Positions 1 to 9,479 of a stretch of DNA of 64,000 bases are shown in pieces (the first letter of the stretch is position 1; the number at the start of each line of letters is the position of its first letter). Both the position numbers and the translations under genes were made by a program. This DNA is from Candidatus Niyogibacteria bacterium CG10_big_fil_rev_8_21_14_0_10_46_36. Lineage in GTDB: Bacteria > Patescibacteriota > Minisyncoccia > 1-14-0-10-42-19. The notes beneath the pieces were generated by a model that saw only the letters and a program-made list of their open reading frames with translations, ran no database searches and was not told the origin of the DNA. The stretch spans positions 128,244 to 192,243 of the forward strand of contig PFCO01000001.1 of NCBI GenBank assembly GCA_002772995.1. The letters run 5' to 3'.

Positions 1-213
1 AACCGTACGAAAATAAATATTTCCGTTGTATGTGTCCAATAACATGCTTATCTTTTCACTTGGTTCTTTTGCAATATCGGCAACAATAACCTTTGCGTTC
101 GCGCGCAATAATGTTTCTACATACTGCGCACCAAGCCTGCCATTACCGCCGGTTACAATAGCAACCCTGCCCTGGAGATTAAACATATCGTAAAGACATT
201 CTTTATGAAGCAT
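1..213 (-). CDS. SDR family oxidoreductase, partial (3' end beyond window edge)
   Basis: Not in the ORF track. Manual translation from ATG 213: MLHKECLYDMFNLQGRVAIVTGGNGRLGAQYVETLLRANAKVIVADIA..., a classical TGxxGxxG Rossmann start. SD AAAGGAGG and a TATAAT lie upstream. Confidence 0.85.
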   Translation of the reverse strand, partial: MLHKECLYDMFNLQGRVAIVTGGNGRLGAQYVETLLRANAKVIVADIAKEPSEKISMLLDTYNGNIYFRTV

Positions 214-277
214 TCGTGCCTCCTTTATGTGTCTTTTTTTTAAATAACGCTGGACATATTATACAAGAAAATAAATG

Positions 278-304
278 AAAAACAAGCCCTTCCGGGCTTG
301 TTTT
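278..304 (-). terminator. Intrinsic terminator of the HAD gene
   Basis: AAAACAAGCCC-TTCC-GGGCTTGTTTT perfect inverted repeat at the HAD stop. Confidence 0.8.
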
Positions 305-965
305 ATATGTATCGTTTTATGTCGAGCACATTATGCACAACAGGGAACGGCTTATGCTCATCCCAAGCATTCATTTCATTCCTCACCCCCACAAACGCAC
401 ACCCAACCTCCTCTGCAGCTTTTACATCAGTATCGCTGTCTCCGATGAGAACCATCTCGTGAGCACTCACCCGTTCTCGCTCCAATATTTTTTCGAAATT
501 TCCTTGCTTTGCGGCAAGGATGCCGCCGTCTTGAGTTATCGGCCGGCCATATACTTCTTTAAAATATTTTCTTATATCCAGCCGTTCAAGAATGCGTATA
601 AGCGCGTCCTCGGGCGTTCCGGAATTAATGTATAACGAATACTGCCCCGATAAGTCTTTAATCGCCTCAAGCGCTCCGGCAACGCATCCCCGCTCAATAA
701 TTTTTGATTCTACCTTTTTGCTGTATGCGTCAGCATACCGCACTACAAGAGGTTCTATTCTATGTTCCGGAGTTTGCAACTCCTTCAAAATAGCGCGGAA
801 GATAGTATATCGTGACTCTTGCTCTTGCAAGGAAGCAAACACCTTCTGTACTGCGGCATGCCCCTCGGTATATGTCTCCGGAAAAAAATCAAACCACGCG
901 TCTTGCTTCAACTTTGGAGAATCAACGATAACGCCGTCAAAATCAAATACAATAACTTTTATCAT
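303..965 (-). CDS. HAD-superfamily hydrolase/phosphatase
   Basis: FDFDGVIVDS motif I, INSGT motif II, K motif III, IGDSDTD motif IV. Confidence 0.9.
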   Translation of the reverse strand: MIKVIVFDFDGVIVDSPKLKQDAWFDFFPETYTEGHAAVQKVFASLQEQESRYTIFRAILKELQTPEHRIEPLVVRYADAYSKKVESKIIERGCVAGALEAIKDLSGQYSLYINSGTPEDALIRILERLDIRKYFKEVYGRPITQDGGILAAKQGNFEKILERERVSAHEMVLIGDSDTDVKAAEEVGCAFVGVRNEMNAWDEHKPFPVVHNVLDIKRYI

Positions 966-971
966 GCTGCC

Positions 972-1000
972 ATCCTATAATCCAAATGCGCTCTCGTCAA
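972..1000 (-). promoter_or_regulatory. Sigma70-like promoter, probably leaderless
   Basis: Minus strand TTGACG-17nt-TAGGAT-6nt-ATG(965); no SD. Confidence 0.6.
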
Positions 1001-1002
1001 AC

Positions 1003-1032
1003 AAAAAATACCAGCATACATGCTGGTATTTT
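1003..1032 (-). terminator. Intrinsic terminator of neuB
   Basis: AAAATACCAGCAT-AC-ATGCTGGTATTTT inverted repeat just past the stop. Confidence 0.8.
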
Positions 1033-1036
1033 ATAT

Positions 1037-2110
1037 TTAAGAAATGTGCTTCTCAGTAATCACGCTGTCTTCTTCAATATCTACTGACGCAGTTTTCCCA
1101 AGAACTTCTTTTATCTGATACGGCTTAAATCCGTACCCGGGGCTCTTACATGAGAGCATATCCGCAGTAATGACTGTTCCCGCTTTGATGCGTTTTTGAG
1201 AGACAATACTCTTTCCATGCTTGTTGCGGACCTGCTCTTCGTCAGAAAGAAAATTTTTACGCGGCGTTCCCCATGCCCGTTCTATCCTGCGAGTGCTATC
1301 TACCATCTCTTTAAACTCTTCCGGCTCAATGCTTACCGTGCCATGATCAGGGCCCGGCATCGATTTATCAAGAGTGATGTGGCGCTCAATGGTTTTTGCG
1401 CCCATAGCCACTGCGGCGATGCTTGGAAGAATGTCCCGCTCATGCCCGGAATATCCTATGGGCACCTGAGCGTACCGTTTTTTAAAAAACGGTATGGTGG
1501 AAAGATGCAACTTTTCGTCAGACGTCGGGTACGAAGTAACGCAATGCTTAATAACAAGCTGGTTATTGTGCCTCAGTATAGTCCCCACTGCGCGATCAAG
1601 TTCTTCTATGGTAACCATGCCTGAAGAAAGAAATACCGGCTTTCCTTTCCGGGCAACATATTCCAAAAGCGGAGTGTTGGTAACATCAAAAGAAGCAATT
1701 TTGTATGTCTCTACACCTATGTCTTCCAGAAAATCAACACTATGCGTATCAAACGGGGTTGCAAAAAATATAACCCCCAATGACTCTGCATATTCTTTTA
1801 GCCGGATGAATTCTTCCTTTGTTAACTCAAGCGCTTCGCGATATTCGCCGTATGTCTTGCCGTATACTTCGTCTTTTGTTTGCGGCTTTTCACGAAGCTC
1901 GCGCGCAAACACATCAACAATAGAGCGTTTTTGCAATTTTACAGCATTTGCTCCCGCCCAAACCGCTTTTTCTATTGTACGCTTTGCAACATAATAATCC
2001 CCGTTATGATTATTGCCAATCTCGGCAATAAAAAAAACGGGCGCGCCGTTTCCAACCTGCACATTGCCTATCGTAATCTGAGATCTAGCTTTTTCAAGGT
2101 ACTGTTTCAT
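1037..2110 (-). CDS. neuB: N-acetylneuraminate/nonulosonate synthase family protein with C-terminal SAF domain
   Basis: AEIGNNHNGD, KLQKR, TPFD, KIASFD, HCVTSYP, GYSGHE, IERHITLD...GPDH, C-terminal KSPGYG SAF domain. Confidence 0.93.
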   Translation of the reverse strand: MKQYLEKARSQITIGNVQVGNGAPVFFIAEIGNNHNGDYYVAKRTIEKAVWAGANAVKLQKRSIVDVFARELREKPQTKDEVYGKTYGEYREALELTKEEFIRLKEYAESLGVIFFATPFDTHSVDFLEDIGVETYKIASFDVTNTPLLEYVARKGKPVFLSSGMVTIEELDRAVGTILRHNNQLVIKHCVTSYPTSDEKLHLSTIPFFKKRYAQVPIGYSGHERDILPSIAAVAMGAKTIERHITLDKSMPGPDHGTVSIEPEEFKEMVDSTRRIERAWGTPRKNFLSDEEQVRNKHGKSIVSQKRIKAGTVITADMLSCKSPGYGFKPYQIKEVLGKTASVDIEEDSVITEKHIS

Positions 2111-2192
2111 AGCAGTCCTATAATAAAAAGCGCTGCCCCTTCAAGCAACGCAAATCATTAATAGACAATAAATACATTATTTTATCAAATGC

Positions 2193-3086
2193 TCAGAATG
2201 CTCTTTTGCAAGCCTGCCACATATCCTTTGCGATTCGCTTTTTACTCCAAAATACGAAACGAATCCATATCGGCACAAAGCCAATCTTTCTTTGCAGTGG
2301 AACAACCGGGGATGTTATCGGCCTCCACAAAAACATCCATACATAGATACTAAAAGAAAAGGGACGCGTATATACATGCCCGATCTGCTCATTGGCGTAC
2401 CGGATACGCCCTACTGTTTTTTTGTATTGCTTCGTAAATACTTTGTCCGGCACCGCATAAAATGGCGTCGCCAAAGCAAGCTCTGCAAGCATGGGCCTAT
2501 CCCAGCGTATGCATTCTGGCGTATTCCGCAAAAACGCGCGCTGAATAAATGCGGTGCGGAATAATCCATACAAATAGATATGAAGCGGCGCATCAAATGC
2601 CAATTTCTCATAAATTGCGTAAGGCGTTTGATGTGTTGTATGCAAATTGCCGGTAAGACGGACGCTATCCTTGAAGACGCCGTCATCATAAAAACGATCA
2701 AACGACCCCATTGCTACCTGATATTCGGGATGCGCCTCAAGCGCAGCAAGCAGCAGTTCTATAAAATTCTTTTCCCATACATCGTCATCAGACGCTAACA
2801 TAAAATACGAACCGCGCGCCTCACGGATCACAAAAGAAATATTCGCGACTTGTCCCTTATTTTCTGTGTGACGGATATAACGAATGCGCGAGTCTCTGGC
2901 TGCGTATGCCGTACATATTGCATCAGTGCTGTCAGAAGAAGCATTATCGGAAATGATGATCTCTGTGCGCGCATGCGTTTGAGCAAGCAATGAGTCAAGC
3001 GCGCGGCACAATTCCTTTTCACCATTTTCCCGGGAAACACTATTATAAACAGGCAGTCCTATTGAAATGAGCGGTTCGTGGGTCAT
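2193..3086 (-). CDS. Glycosyltransferase family 2
   Basis: ISIGLPVYN, IISDNASSDST, ASDDD (DxD). Confidence 0.92.
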   Translation of the reverse strand: MTHEPLISIGLPVYNSVSRENGEKELCRALDSLLAQTHARTEIIISDNASSDSTDAICTAYAARDSRIRYIRHTENKGQVANISFVIREARGSYFMLASDDDVWEKNFIELLLAALEAHPEYQVAMGSFDRFYDDGVFKDSVRLTGNLHTTHQTPYAIYEKLAFDAPLHIYLYGLFRTAFIQRAFLRNTPECIRWDRPMLAELALATPFYAVPDKVFTKQYKKTVGRIRYANEQIGHVYTRPFSFSIYVWMFLWRPITSPVVPLQRKIGFVPIWIRFVFWSKKRIAKDMWQACKRAF

Positions 3087-3916
3087 AGGATATTACTATA
3101 AAAATCAGCTGTCTTCCGGATGCCTTCACGTAATAATGTGCGTGGCTCCCATCCCGTATCTTTCTTTATGCGCGTGATATCGGCGCATATCGTGTTGTGA
3201 ATAGGTCTCGGTATATAGTTGTACGAAAGAGCCACATGCGACACCATCGTACCAACCGCGCAAGCGCTGCCTGATCCTATATCATACGTCCCCGACGCCT
3301 GCTCTGATCCGACAAGGTCGCACATCGCATCAGCCGCGTCTTCTACGAAAACAAAATCATGGGAAGCATTCGGATTTTTAATATCCGGGATTATGCCATT
3401 TGATACTTGAGTGATCACTGACGGCAAAAGGGAGTCTTTCCGCTGCCCGGGTCCATACACATAAAATAGGCGCGCCCATATAAAACGAATATCGCTTTTC
3501 TGCGCGAGCAATTCTCCGTATTCCCGAACAGCTTGTTTCGCCCGCACAAATGATACGGGTGCTTCCGGGTCGTGCTCCCATCCGCTCCCCACGCCTACGA
3601 TCGTCCTGCATCCGGAACTGCGTAAAACATCGAAAAGGGTGATGCTATAAGCAGCATTTTTATCGCTTGTTCTTTTGTCATACTGAGGGATGCCCTCCCA
3701 TGCCATATGTATCGCCGCATCAGGAGCATAAGCATTCAAGGCGTCTTTCCATCGCAAACTATCCGCAAGATCTCCTTGTATGATGCGTTCTTTCGAACGC
3801 TCTTTTCTCCTTCCTGGAGAGCGCTCAAGAGATAATACATAATGACCACGCCTTAAAAGCAATTCGCGTACATACGAACCTATAAACCCAGTGCCTCCTG
3901 TTATAAAAATTCTCAT
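3083..3916 (-). CDS. NAD-dependent epimerase/dehydratase/reductase (extended SDR)
   Basis: ITGGTGFIG, RLFYVYGPGQ, DFVFVEDAA; the YxxxK position reads FVRAK. Confidence 0.88.
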   Translation of the reverse strand: MRIFITGGTGFIGSYVRELLLRRGHYVLSLERSPGRRKERSKERIIQGDLADSLRWKDALNAYAPDAAIHMAWEGIPQYDKRTSDKNAAYSITLFDVLRSSGCRTIVGVGSGWEHDPEAPVSFVRAKQAVREYGELLAQKSDIRFIWARLFYVYGPGQRKDSLLPSVITQVSNGIIPDIKNPNASHDFVFVEDAADAMCDLVGSEQASGTYDIGSGSACAVGTMVSHVALSYNYIPRPIHNTICADITRIKKDTGWEPRTLLREGIRKTADFYSNIL

Positions 3917-5115
3917 GATAACGCGCTGGCAATAGATAAGAGGTCTTTTTGTCCGTTAAGCAAAAATGTTTTGCACCCCGCAGCGTTCCCCGCCTGCTCA
4001 TCACGGATATCATCCCCAATAAAAATAGCTTTCGTAATATCAAAGAAATGGTCGTGTGCCGCTTGTAAAAGCATCCCCGGTTTTGGTTTTCTACATCCGC
4101 AATTATCTGTGTCATTATGAAAACACGCATATATGCCGCGCACGGAAATCCCTTCTTTGTCGCATACATCCCGCATACGAGCATGAATATCGTCTACGTC
4201 CTTTTCCGCCATATATCCGCGGGCAACACCGCGCTGATTTGTTGCGATAAAAATATCATATCCCTTCCGCGTGAGCATACGCATCGCGTCTAACGCATCT
4301 GGCAAAAATTCGAACTCACTCCACCGCTTTACATAATCCCCCTCTCGCGGTTTTTTATTTATAACTCCATCCCGGTCAAGTATGACACTTTTTTTAGGAG
4401 TAAAAAATTTTTCAGCAACTAATAACCGATCGTGATTAGTAATTGTATAATAATGATGCTCAGTACTATACGCAGCAACCTTGCCCTGCGCTACAAGCGG
4501 CGGCAGGATGTCCTCTTCAAATGAAATATTCCCCGAAGGCATACCCTCACACATATCACGCGTAAGGACAAAACAACCTATATCAATAGCGTGAGCACGT
4601 TTATCTTTCCGCATTTTATCGTATACATACACCAGACCGTCCGAACGGAGAGCCACGTTATTTTCATTCCCGTACTCGCCGGCGCCGTCGGTATTTGCGT
4701 ACACCGACATAAGAACCGGCGCACCGATACGAACATATTCTGCGGATATGCGAGAAAGTATAAACGGCCAATAATTATCTCCGTACAATAAAAAAAATGT
4801 ATCGTGCAAAGCATGGCGCGCATCATATATGCGTTTGCCTGTTTGGTCTTCAGGCGAACCGTTGCTGTATGCGATATGTACACCGAAACGCGTTCCATCC
4901 CCAAAATGAGACTTAATCTTCTCCCCCAAGTATCCAATGAGTAATACTATGTCTGTAATACCCTCATCCCGGAGACGCGTTATCAGATATTCAAGAAATG
5001 GACGCCCATACACGGGCGCCATTGGTTTTGGTACCGTGCGCGTAAGCGGCAAAAGCCGCTCTCCTTTGCCGCCCGCGAGTATAACCGCTTGTCGTATGGG
5101 AGTCTTCATATCCAT
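3913..5115 (-). CDS. Fused heptose-1-phosphate nucleotidyltransferase (HddC-like) and heptose-1,7-bisphosphate phosphatase (GmhB)
   Basis: N-term LAGGKGERL..PKPM; C-term LDRDGVIN, ATNQRG, CFH..CGCRKPKPGM, IGDDIRD. Alternative start at 5109 gives an ATGA overlap. Confidence 0.9.
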   Translation of the reverse strand: MDMKTPIRQAVILAGGKGERLLPLTRTVPKPMAPVYGRPFLEYLITRLRDEGITDIVLLIGYLGEKIKSHFGDGTRFGVHIAYSNGSPEDQTGKRIYDARHALHDTFFLLYGDNYWPFILSRISAEYVRIGAPVLMSVYANTDGAGEYGNENNVALRSDGLVYVYDKMRKDKRAHAIDIGCFVLTRDMCEGMPSGNISFEEDILPPLVAQGKVAAYSTEHHYYTITNHDRLLVAEKFFTPKKSVILDRDGVINKKPREGDYVKRWSEFEFLPDALDAMRMLTRKGYDIFIATNQRGVARGYMAEKDVDDIHARMRDVCDKEGISVRGIYACFHNDTDNCGCRKPKPGMLLQAAHDHFFDITKAIFIGDDIRDEQAGNAAGCKTFLLNGQKDLLSIASALS

Positions 5116-6137
5116 TCAAGTTGGGCATTCACCCGTTTTGTATCAAGAAGATGTTTGATCTGAAGAAGGCGATTCGTGCGCCGTCCGCGAAAATCGTCTT
5201 CTGTAAATCCTATACGGCCAAAAAACGAGACGAGTTCCTCTGCCCCCTTCTGCATAGTCCACTGCGGCGCAAATCTGTCTCCAAATGCGTTATAAAATTT
5301 TTTAAATGAAATTTTATATGTGCGGGCATCGCTCCCATGTTCGCCTGTATAGGTGACTTTGCTTTTCGGCACTGCTTTCTGCACCGCTTCCGCAATTTCC
5401 CGGACCGTGTAGTTGCCGTGCGGATACCCCACATGAAATGCCTGTTTTTGCACAATATCCGCAGGAGCTTCGAGTGCCAGCATAAATGCCATTGCGGCAT
5501 CCTGTACATGGAGTACCGGGCGCCAAGGAGTCCCATCGCTTTTTATCTCTATCACCCCCGCTGTATACGCAGATCCCGTTAAACTATTCAGCACAATGTC
5601 AGAGCGCAGATACGGACTTACGCCGAATACCGTAGACGGACGAAGCACCGTAACAATAAAATCATCCGACGCAAGAGCGCGGATTGCTTCTTCCGCTCTC
5701 CATTTTGTATCCGCATATGCTGTCAACGGATGCTTTGAGCTCTTATCTTCGTCAAGCTCTTCAACGCTTTCAGATATGCCATACATGCTTTGTGAAGACG
5801 AAAATACAAAACGCTTAACGCCCGCGTTTTTTGCACATACCGCAAGATGCGCCGTTCCTTTAAAATTAATGTCTTCTGTTAAAGACGGATTCAAGTCGCC
5901 CAACGGATCGTTTGAAAGGGCAGCAAGATGAATGACGGCATCCATATCCGCAAGGTCCTGAGCTGTAAGAGCGCGAATATCTTTGCGCAAAAAAACAATA
6001 TCAAAAGGCGTGCCGTCAAGCCGGCATTCTTCGTAATATCCTATATCACACCCAGTCACCTCGTGCCCGCGCCCCTGTAGCAGAGGAACAAGCACAGAAC
6101 CAATATAGCCGAGATGTCCGGTCACAAATACTCGCAT
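5106..6137 (-). CDS. NAD-dependent epimerase/dehydratase (NDP-sugar)
   Basis: VTGHLGYIG, HLAALSNDPLG, SSSQSMYG, YADTK. Confidence 0.9.
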   Translation of the reverse strand: MRVFVTGHLGYIGSVLVPLLQGRGHEVTGCDIGYYEECRLDGTPFDIVFLRKDIRALTAQDLADMDAVIHLAALSNDPLGDLNPSLTEDINFKGTAHLAVCAKNAGVKRFVFSSSQSMYGISESVEELDEDKSSKHPLTAYADTKWRAEEAIRALASDDFIVTVLRPSTVFGVSPYLRSDIVLNSLTGSAYTAGVIEIKSDGTPWRPVLHVQDAAMAFMLALEAPADIVQKQAFHVGYPHGNYTVREIAEAVQKAVPKSKVTYTGEHGSDARTYKISFKKFYNAFGDRFAPQWTMQKGAEELVSFFGRIGFTEDDFRGRRTNRLLQIKHLLDTKRVNAQLEWI

Positions 6138-6217
6138 GCAAATAAACTATAAAATAAATATCGCATTTGCGCTAATTGCACATCTATTGTAAAATATGTA
6201 TGCTACTTTTATTGAAT

Positions 6218-6802
6218 ATGGACAAATCATCAATAGAAACATTTCTCGCCCATATGAATAACGGCATTACCAATGCGTCTTTTACGGACGCACATGGTAA
6301 CGCATTTCCTTACGATAAAGCGCTTGGAGAAATAGCTGCTTTGTTCAAACATACAGCAGATACGGAGAAGAAACTGATATTTGTAGGAAATGGCGGGAGT
6401 GCCGCTATCGCAAGCCACATGGCGCAAGACTACACAAAAATAGGCGGTATCCGTGCCGTATGCTTCAATGACCCGTCTCTTATGAGCTGCTTTGGGAACG
6501 ACTATTCATTTGAAGATATGTTTGCGAAGGCAATAGAGTTCTACGCCGACCAAGGCGACACTGTTATTGCTATTTCTTCTTCGGGGTCATCAAAAAACAT
6601 TATTAACGCGGCAAAAACAGCAAAGGTTAATGGATGCGCTGTCGTAACTCTTTCCGGTTTTGATAAAAAAAATCCCCTCTTTGCATTGGGGACGCTCAAT
6701 ATTCATATTCCTACACAAACATACGGCACCACCGAAACTGCTCATGGTCTTTTTCTGCACGCAATCCTTGATCACCTTGCAGACAATCTCCCCCACAATT
6801 AA
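6218..6802 (+). CDS. gmhA: Phosphoheptose isomerase (SIS domain)
   Basis: GNGGSAAIASH, GNDYSFE, AISSSGSSKNI, ETAH; ATG 6218 preferred over the TTG at 6176. Confidence 0.88.
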   Translation: MDKSSIETFLAHMNNGITNASFTDAHGNAFPYDKALGEIAALFKHTADTEKKLIFVGNGGSAAIASHMAQDYTKIGGIRAVCFNDPSLMSCFGNDYSFEDMFAKAIEFYADQGDTVIAISSSGSSKNIINAAKTAKVNGCAVVTLSGFDKKNPLFALGTLNIHIPTQTYGTTETAHGLFLHAILDHLADNLPHN

Positions 6803-6804
6803 TA

Positions 6805-7782
6805 TCATTCGTCGTTATAGACAATAAGGCTCCCGGTGCGCTCAAATCGAAAATGCATCTCCCGCAATCCCGAAAGCGCCTTGCGCACATGTGCGTGATG
6901 TTCGGGTTCGCAATACAAAAGCAAAAATCCGCCCCCGCCGGAACCTAGAATCTTCCCCCCGCTTGCGCCCGCCGCACGAGCTTTTTCATAAAATGAGTCT
7001 ATCATCGCATTTGATATCTGGCTTGCGAGATTGCGCTTGTGCATCCAATTTTCATGAAGCGCCTGCCCGAGCGTCATGCGACCGGACCGCAGGTCCTCTT
7101 GTGTTTCTTGGGCAAGACAAACCATCGCCTGCAACATAGACATATTTTGAGATGTGCGCTTTTTTTGTTCGTTAAGCACAACGCTTGATTTTGTATCGGT
7201 CCCCGTATGGAACAGAAGGAGATTGCTTTCAAGTATCGCATGTATGTCCGGGGATACAGGCACCGTCACTACATCAACGCGCTCATCTGGATAAAATTGC
7301 ATATAATTAAGGCGTCCGAAAGCTGCTGCGTATTGATCTTGCTTCCCCGCAGGTCGCCCTAAAATATCAATTTCTACCCGGCACGCATCCTCTGCTAGCT
7401 TGCGAGGCGTTACCGGTATTTTCTTGAACGCCGCAAGCGCGTGCAACACTCCAACGGCTAAACTACTTGAAGCGCCGAGACCGGTTCCCACTCCGCGCAA
7501 CGGCAAATCCGAAACTACGACCACCTCAATGCCGCCTGTAATGCCGTACAATGTGAGAGCCTCCCTGATGATGTCGTGCCGTACCTGGCTTACATGTGCC
7601 ACTATCTCATTTTGAGAGTAACTAACGCGAACTTCATCGCCAAATTTTCTATTGACGATGACATAGACATATTTATCGATAGCGGTACTTACTACGCTCC
7701 CCGCTCTATGCGTATAAAACTCTTTGAAATCAGTTCCTCCCCCGACAAAACTTATCCGGAAGGGTGTTCGTGAAATAATCAT
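6805..7782 (-). CDS. hddA: D-glycero-alpha-D-manno-heptose-7-phosphate kinase (GHMP)
   Basis: SRTPFRISFVGGGTD, GTGLGASSS, GKQDQYAAAFG, GGKILGSGGGGF. Confidence 0.9.
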   Translation of the reverse strand: MIISRTPFRISFVGGGTDFKEFYTHRAGSVVSTAIDKYVYVIVNRKFGDEVRVSYSQNEIVAHVSQVRHDIIREALTLYGITGGIEVVVVSDLPLRGVGTGLGASSSLAVGVLHALAAFKKIPVTPRKLAEDACRVEIDILGRPAGKQDQYAAAFGRLNYMQFYPDERVDVVTVPVSPDIHAILESNLLLFHTGTDTKSSVVLNEQKKRTSQNMSMLQAMVCLAQETQEDLRSGRMTLGQALHENWMHKRNLASQISNAMIDSFYEKARAAGASGGKILGSGGGGFLLLYCEPEHHAHVRKALSGLREMHFRFERTGSLIVYNDE

Positions 7783-7787
7783 ACAAA

Positions 7788-8237
7788 TTAGTAATGTTTG
7801 CGTGACCAGTCATAGGGTATCTCCCCGGAAAGCGGATCTATCCGCGTGTAGCGAATATCCGGATTATGCGGCTCAGAAGCAATGTTACACATAATAGAAA
7901 AAGGCGCGGCTATCCCTTTTGAAGCATTTGCGATACCGGGAGGAATATGGACGAGGCAATAATTATCATCACCGAAATATACTTCTTCAAATTGCCTATA
8001 GGTCGGTGAATCCGGGCGCATATCATGCAGCACAAGCTTTACCGCCCCATGGATGCAAATATAATTCAATATCAAAGACTCATGGACATGCCACCCATTA
8101 ATGATATCTTTATATAATTTTTTAAAATACACTTCACCAAAATCATTCAATATCGTATCTTTCCGGACGCCATGCATAATAGCGCCCCGCTCGTCGGGGA
8201 ATTTTTTTAAAGAAATTATACGCACTCCTTCTATCAT
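7788..8237 (-). CDS. RmlC-like NDP-4-keto-sugar 3,5-epimerase (cupin)
   Basis: MIEGV..L..FPDERG, GWHVH, LVLHDMRPDSPTY, HIPPGIAN. Confidence 0.85.
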   Translation of the reverse strand: MIEGVRIISLKKFPDERGAIMHGVRKDTILNDFGEVYFKKLYKDIINGWHVHESLILNYICIHGAVKLVLHDMRPDSPTYRQFEEVYFGDDNYCLVHIPPGIANASKGIAAPFSIMCNIASEPHNPDIRYTRIDPLSGEIPYDWSRKHY

Positions 8238-8254
8238 GGTGTGTTTATTATATC

Positions 8255-9478
8255 CTATTTTATAAGCCGAGGCATGCCGGGCAACGGAACATAATACGAT
8301 CCCCGATATCCGTATATTTTTTTTACATACTCCATTATTTCATCGGCAAAATTCCACCCCAAAAGAATGATGCAGGACGGATCTTCTGCCATAGCTTTTT
8401 CGGGCGAAGTAATCGGTATATGCGTTCCTGCGGTATATAGTCCTTGCTTTAATGGATTCGCATCCGCGATAACAGCAATTACCGTATCATCAATGTCACA
8501 AAAATTCAATAATGTAGAACTGCGAGCAGACGCGCCGTACCCCACTACACGCTCTCCTTTTTTCTTCATATCAAAAAGTGTTTCCCTTATGGCATCCCGA
8601 TGGACACACGAGCGTTCACGAAACATCTCCCAAGCAGGATAATTATTTATTCCTTTTTCTGTTTCGCGGCTTCGATATACGCGCAACGCGTCAGTTTCAG
8701 CAACGCTCTTTTTTGCGGCATACACAACCAATGAGCCGCCGCTTATCGGACTTTCAAACACATCATATACAAACAAGCCGTTATCACGGAGTAGCCGCTC
8801 CATCGTGCGTAGCGTAAAGTAACACAAATGCTCATGATAAATAGAATCATAGTGCAATTCCTCAAGAATGGTGCCCGCATAATGGAATTCTATTGCGCAT
8901 ACAGCGTCTTCATTCATAATGGCCCGGACACCTCTCACAAAATCAACGGTATTCACCACATGCGGCAGAACATTCCGGGCAAACACAAAAGAAGCTGGGC
9001 CTTCTCTTTTTAGAAGTCCACGAACATATGTTTCACCGAAAAATTCCGCTTCCGTAGGAATGCCGTCCTTGTTTGCCTGCGCGACGATATTCTTGGCGGG
9101 ATCAACCCCCAGGACTGCGTGACCGTTCCTCTGAAACGGCAAAAGAAATGTTCCGTCATTGCTTGCAATCTCCAACACATATCCGGTGTGTGTTCCTGGT
9201 ACGCGCGATTTATATTCGCGATAAAATGTCTCCGCATGCTCGTGGGCACGTTTTGAGGTGCCCGTTACCCACACATATTCAGAAAATAATTCTTTTGGGT
9301 CCGCTGTGTAGCCAAGCTGAACAAGACTGCATGCCGTGCAATACACAAGAGCGAGCGGATACAGCACCTCCTCCTGATCTTTTGTCTTGCGAAGCGCGTT
9401 TGCATACGGCTGCTTCCCCAGATCAAAAAATTGCTTTAGTTCGGCTGAACCGCAAACCCTGCATGTGACATCGTTCAT
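8255..9478 (-). CDS. NDP-hexose C-methyltransferase (Zn-ribbon N-term, C-methyltransferase C-term)
   Basis: CRVC..DLGKQP, CTACSLVQ, EIASNDG, YDSIYHEHLCYF, GYGASARSSTLL, KQGLYTAGTHIPI. Confidence 0.9.
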   Translation of the reverse strand: MNDVTCRVCGSAELKQFFDLGKQPYANALRKTKDQEEVLYPLALVYCTACSLVQLGYTADPKELFSEYVWVTGTSKRAHEHAETFYREYKSRVPGTHTGYVLEIASNDGTFLLPFQRNGHAVLGVDPAKNIVAQANKDGIPTEAEFFGETYVRGLLKREGPASFVFARNVLPHVVNTVDFVRGVRAIMNEDAVCAIEFHYAGTILEELHYDSIYHEHLCYFTLRTMERLLRDNGLFVYDVFESPISGGSLVVYAAKKSVAETDALRVYRSRETEKGINNYPAWEMFRERSCVHRDAIRETLFDMKKKGERVVGYGASARSSTLLNFCDIDDTVIAVIADANPLKQGLYTAGTHIPITSPEKAMAEDPSCIILLGWNFADEIMEYVKKIYGYRGSYYVPLPGMPRLIK

Positions 9479-9479
9479 A

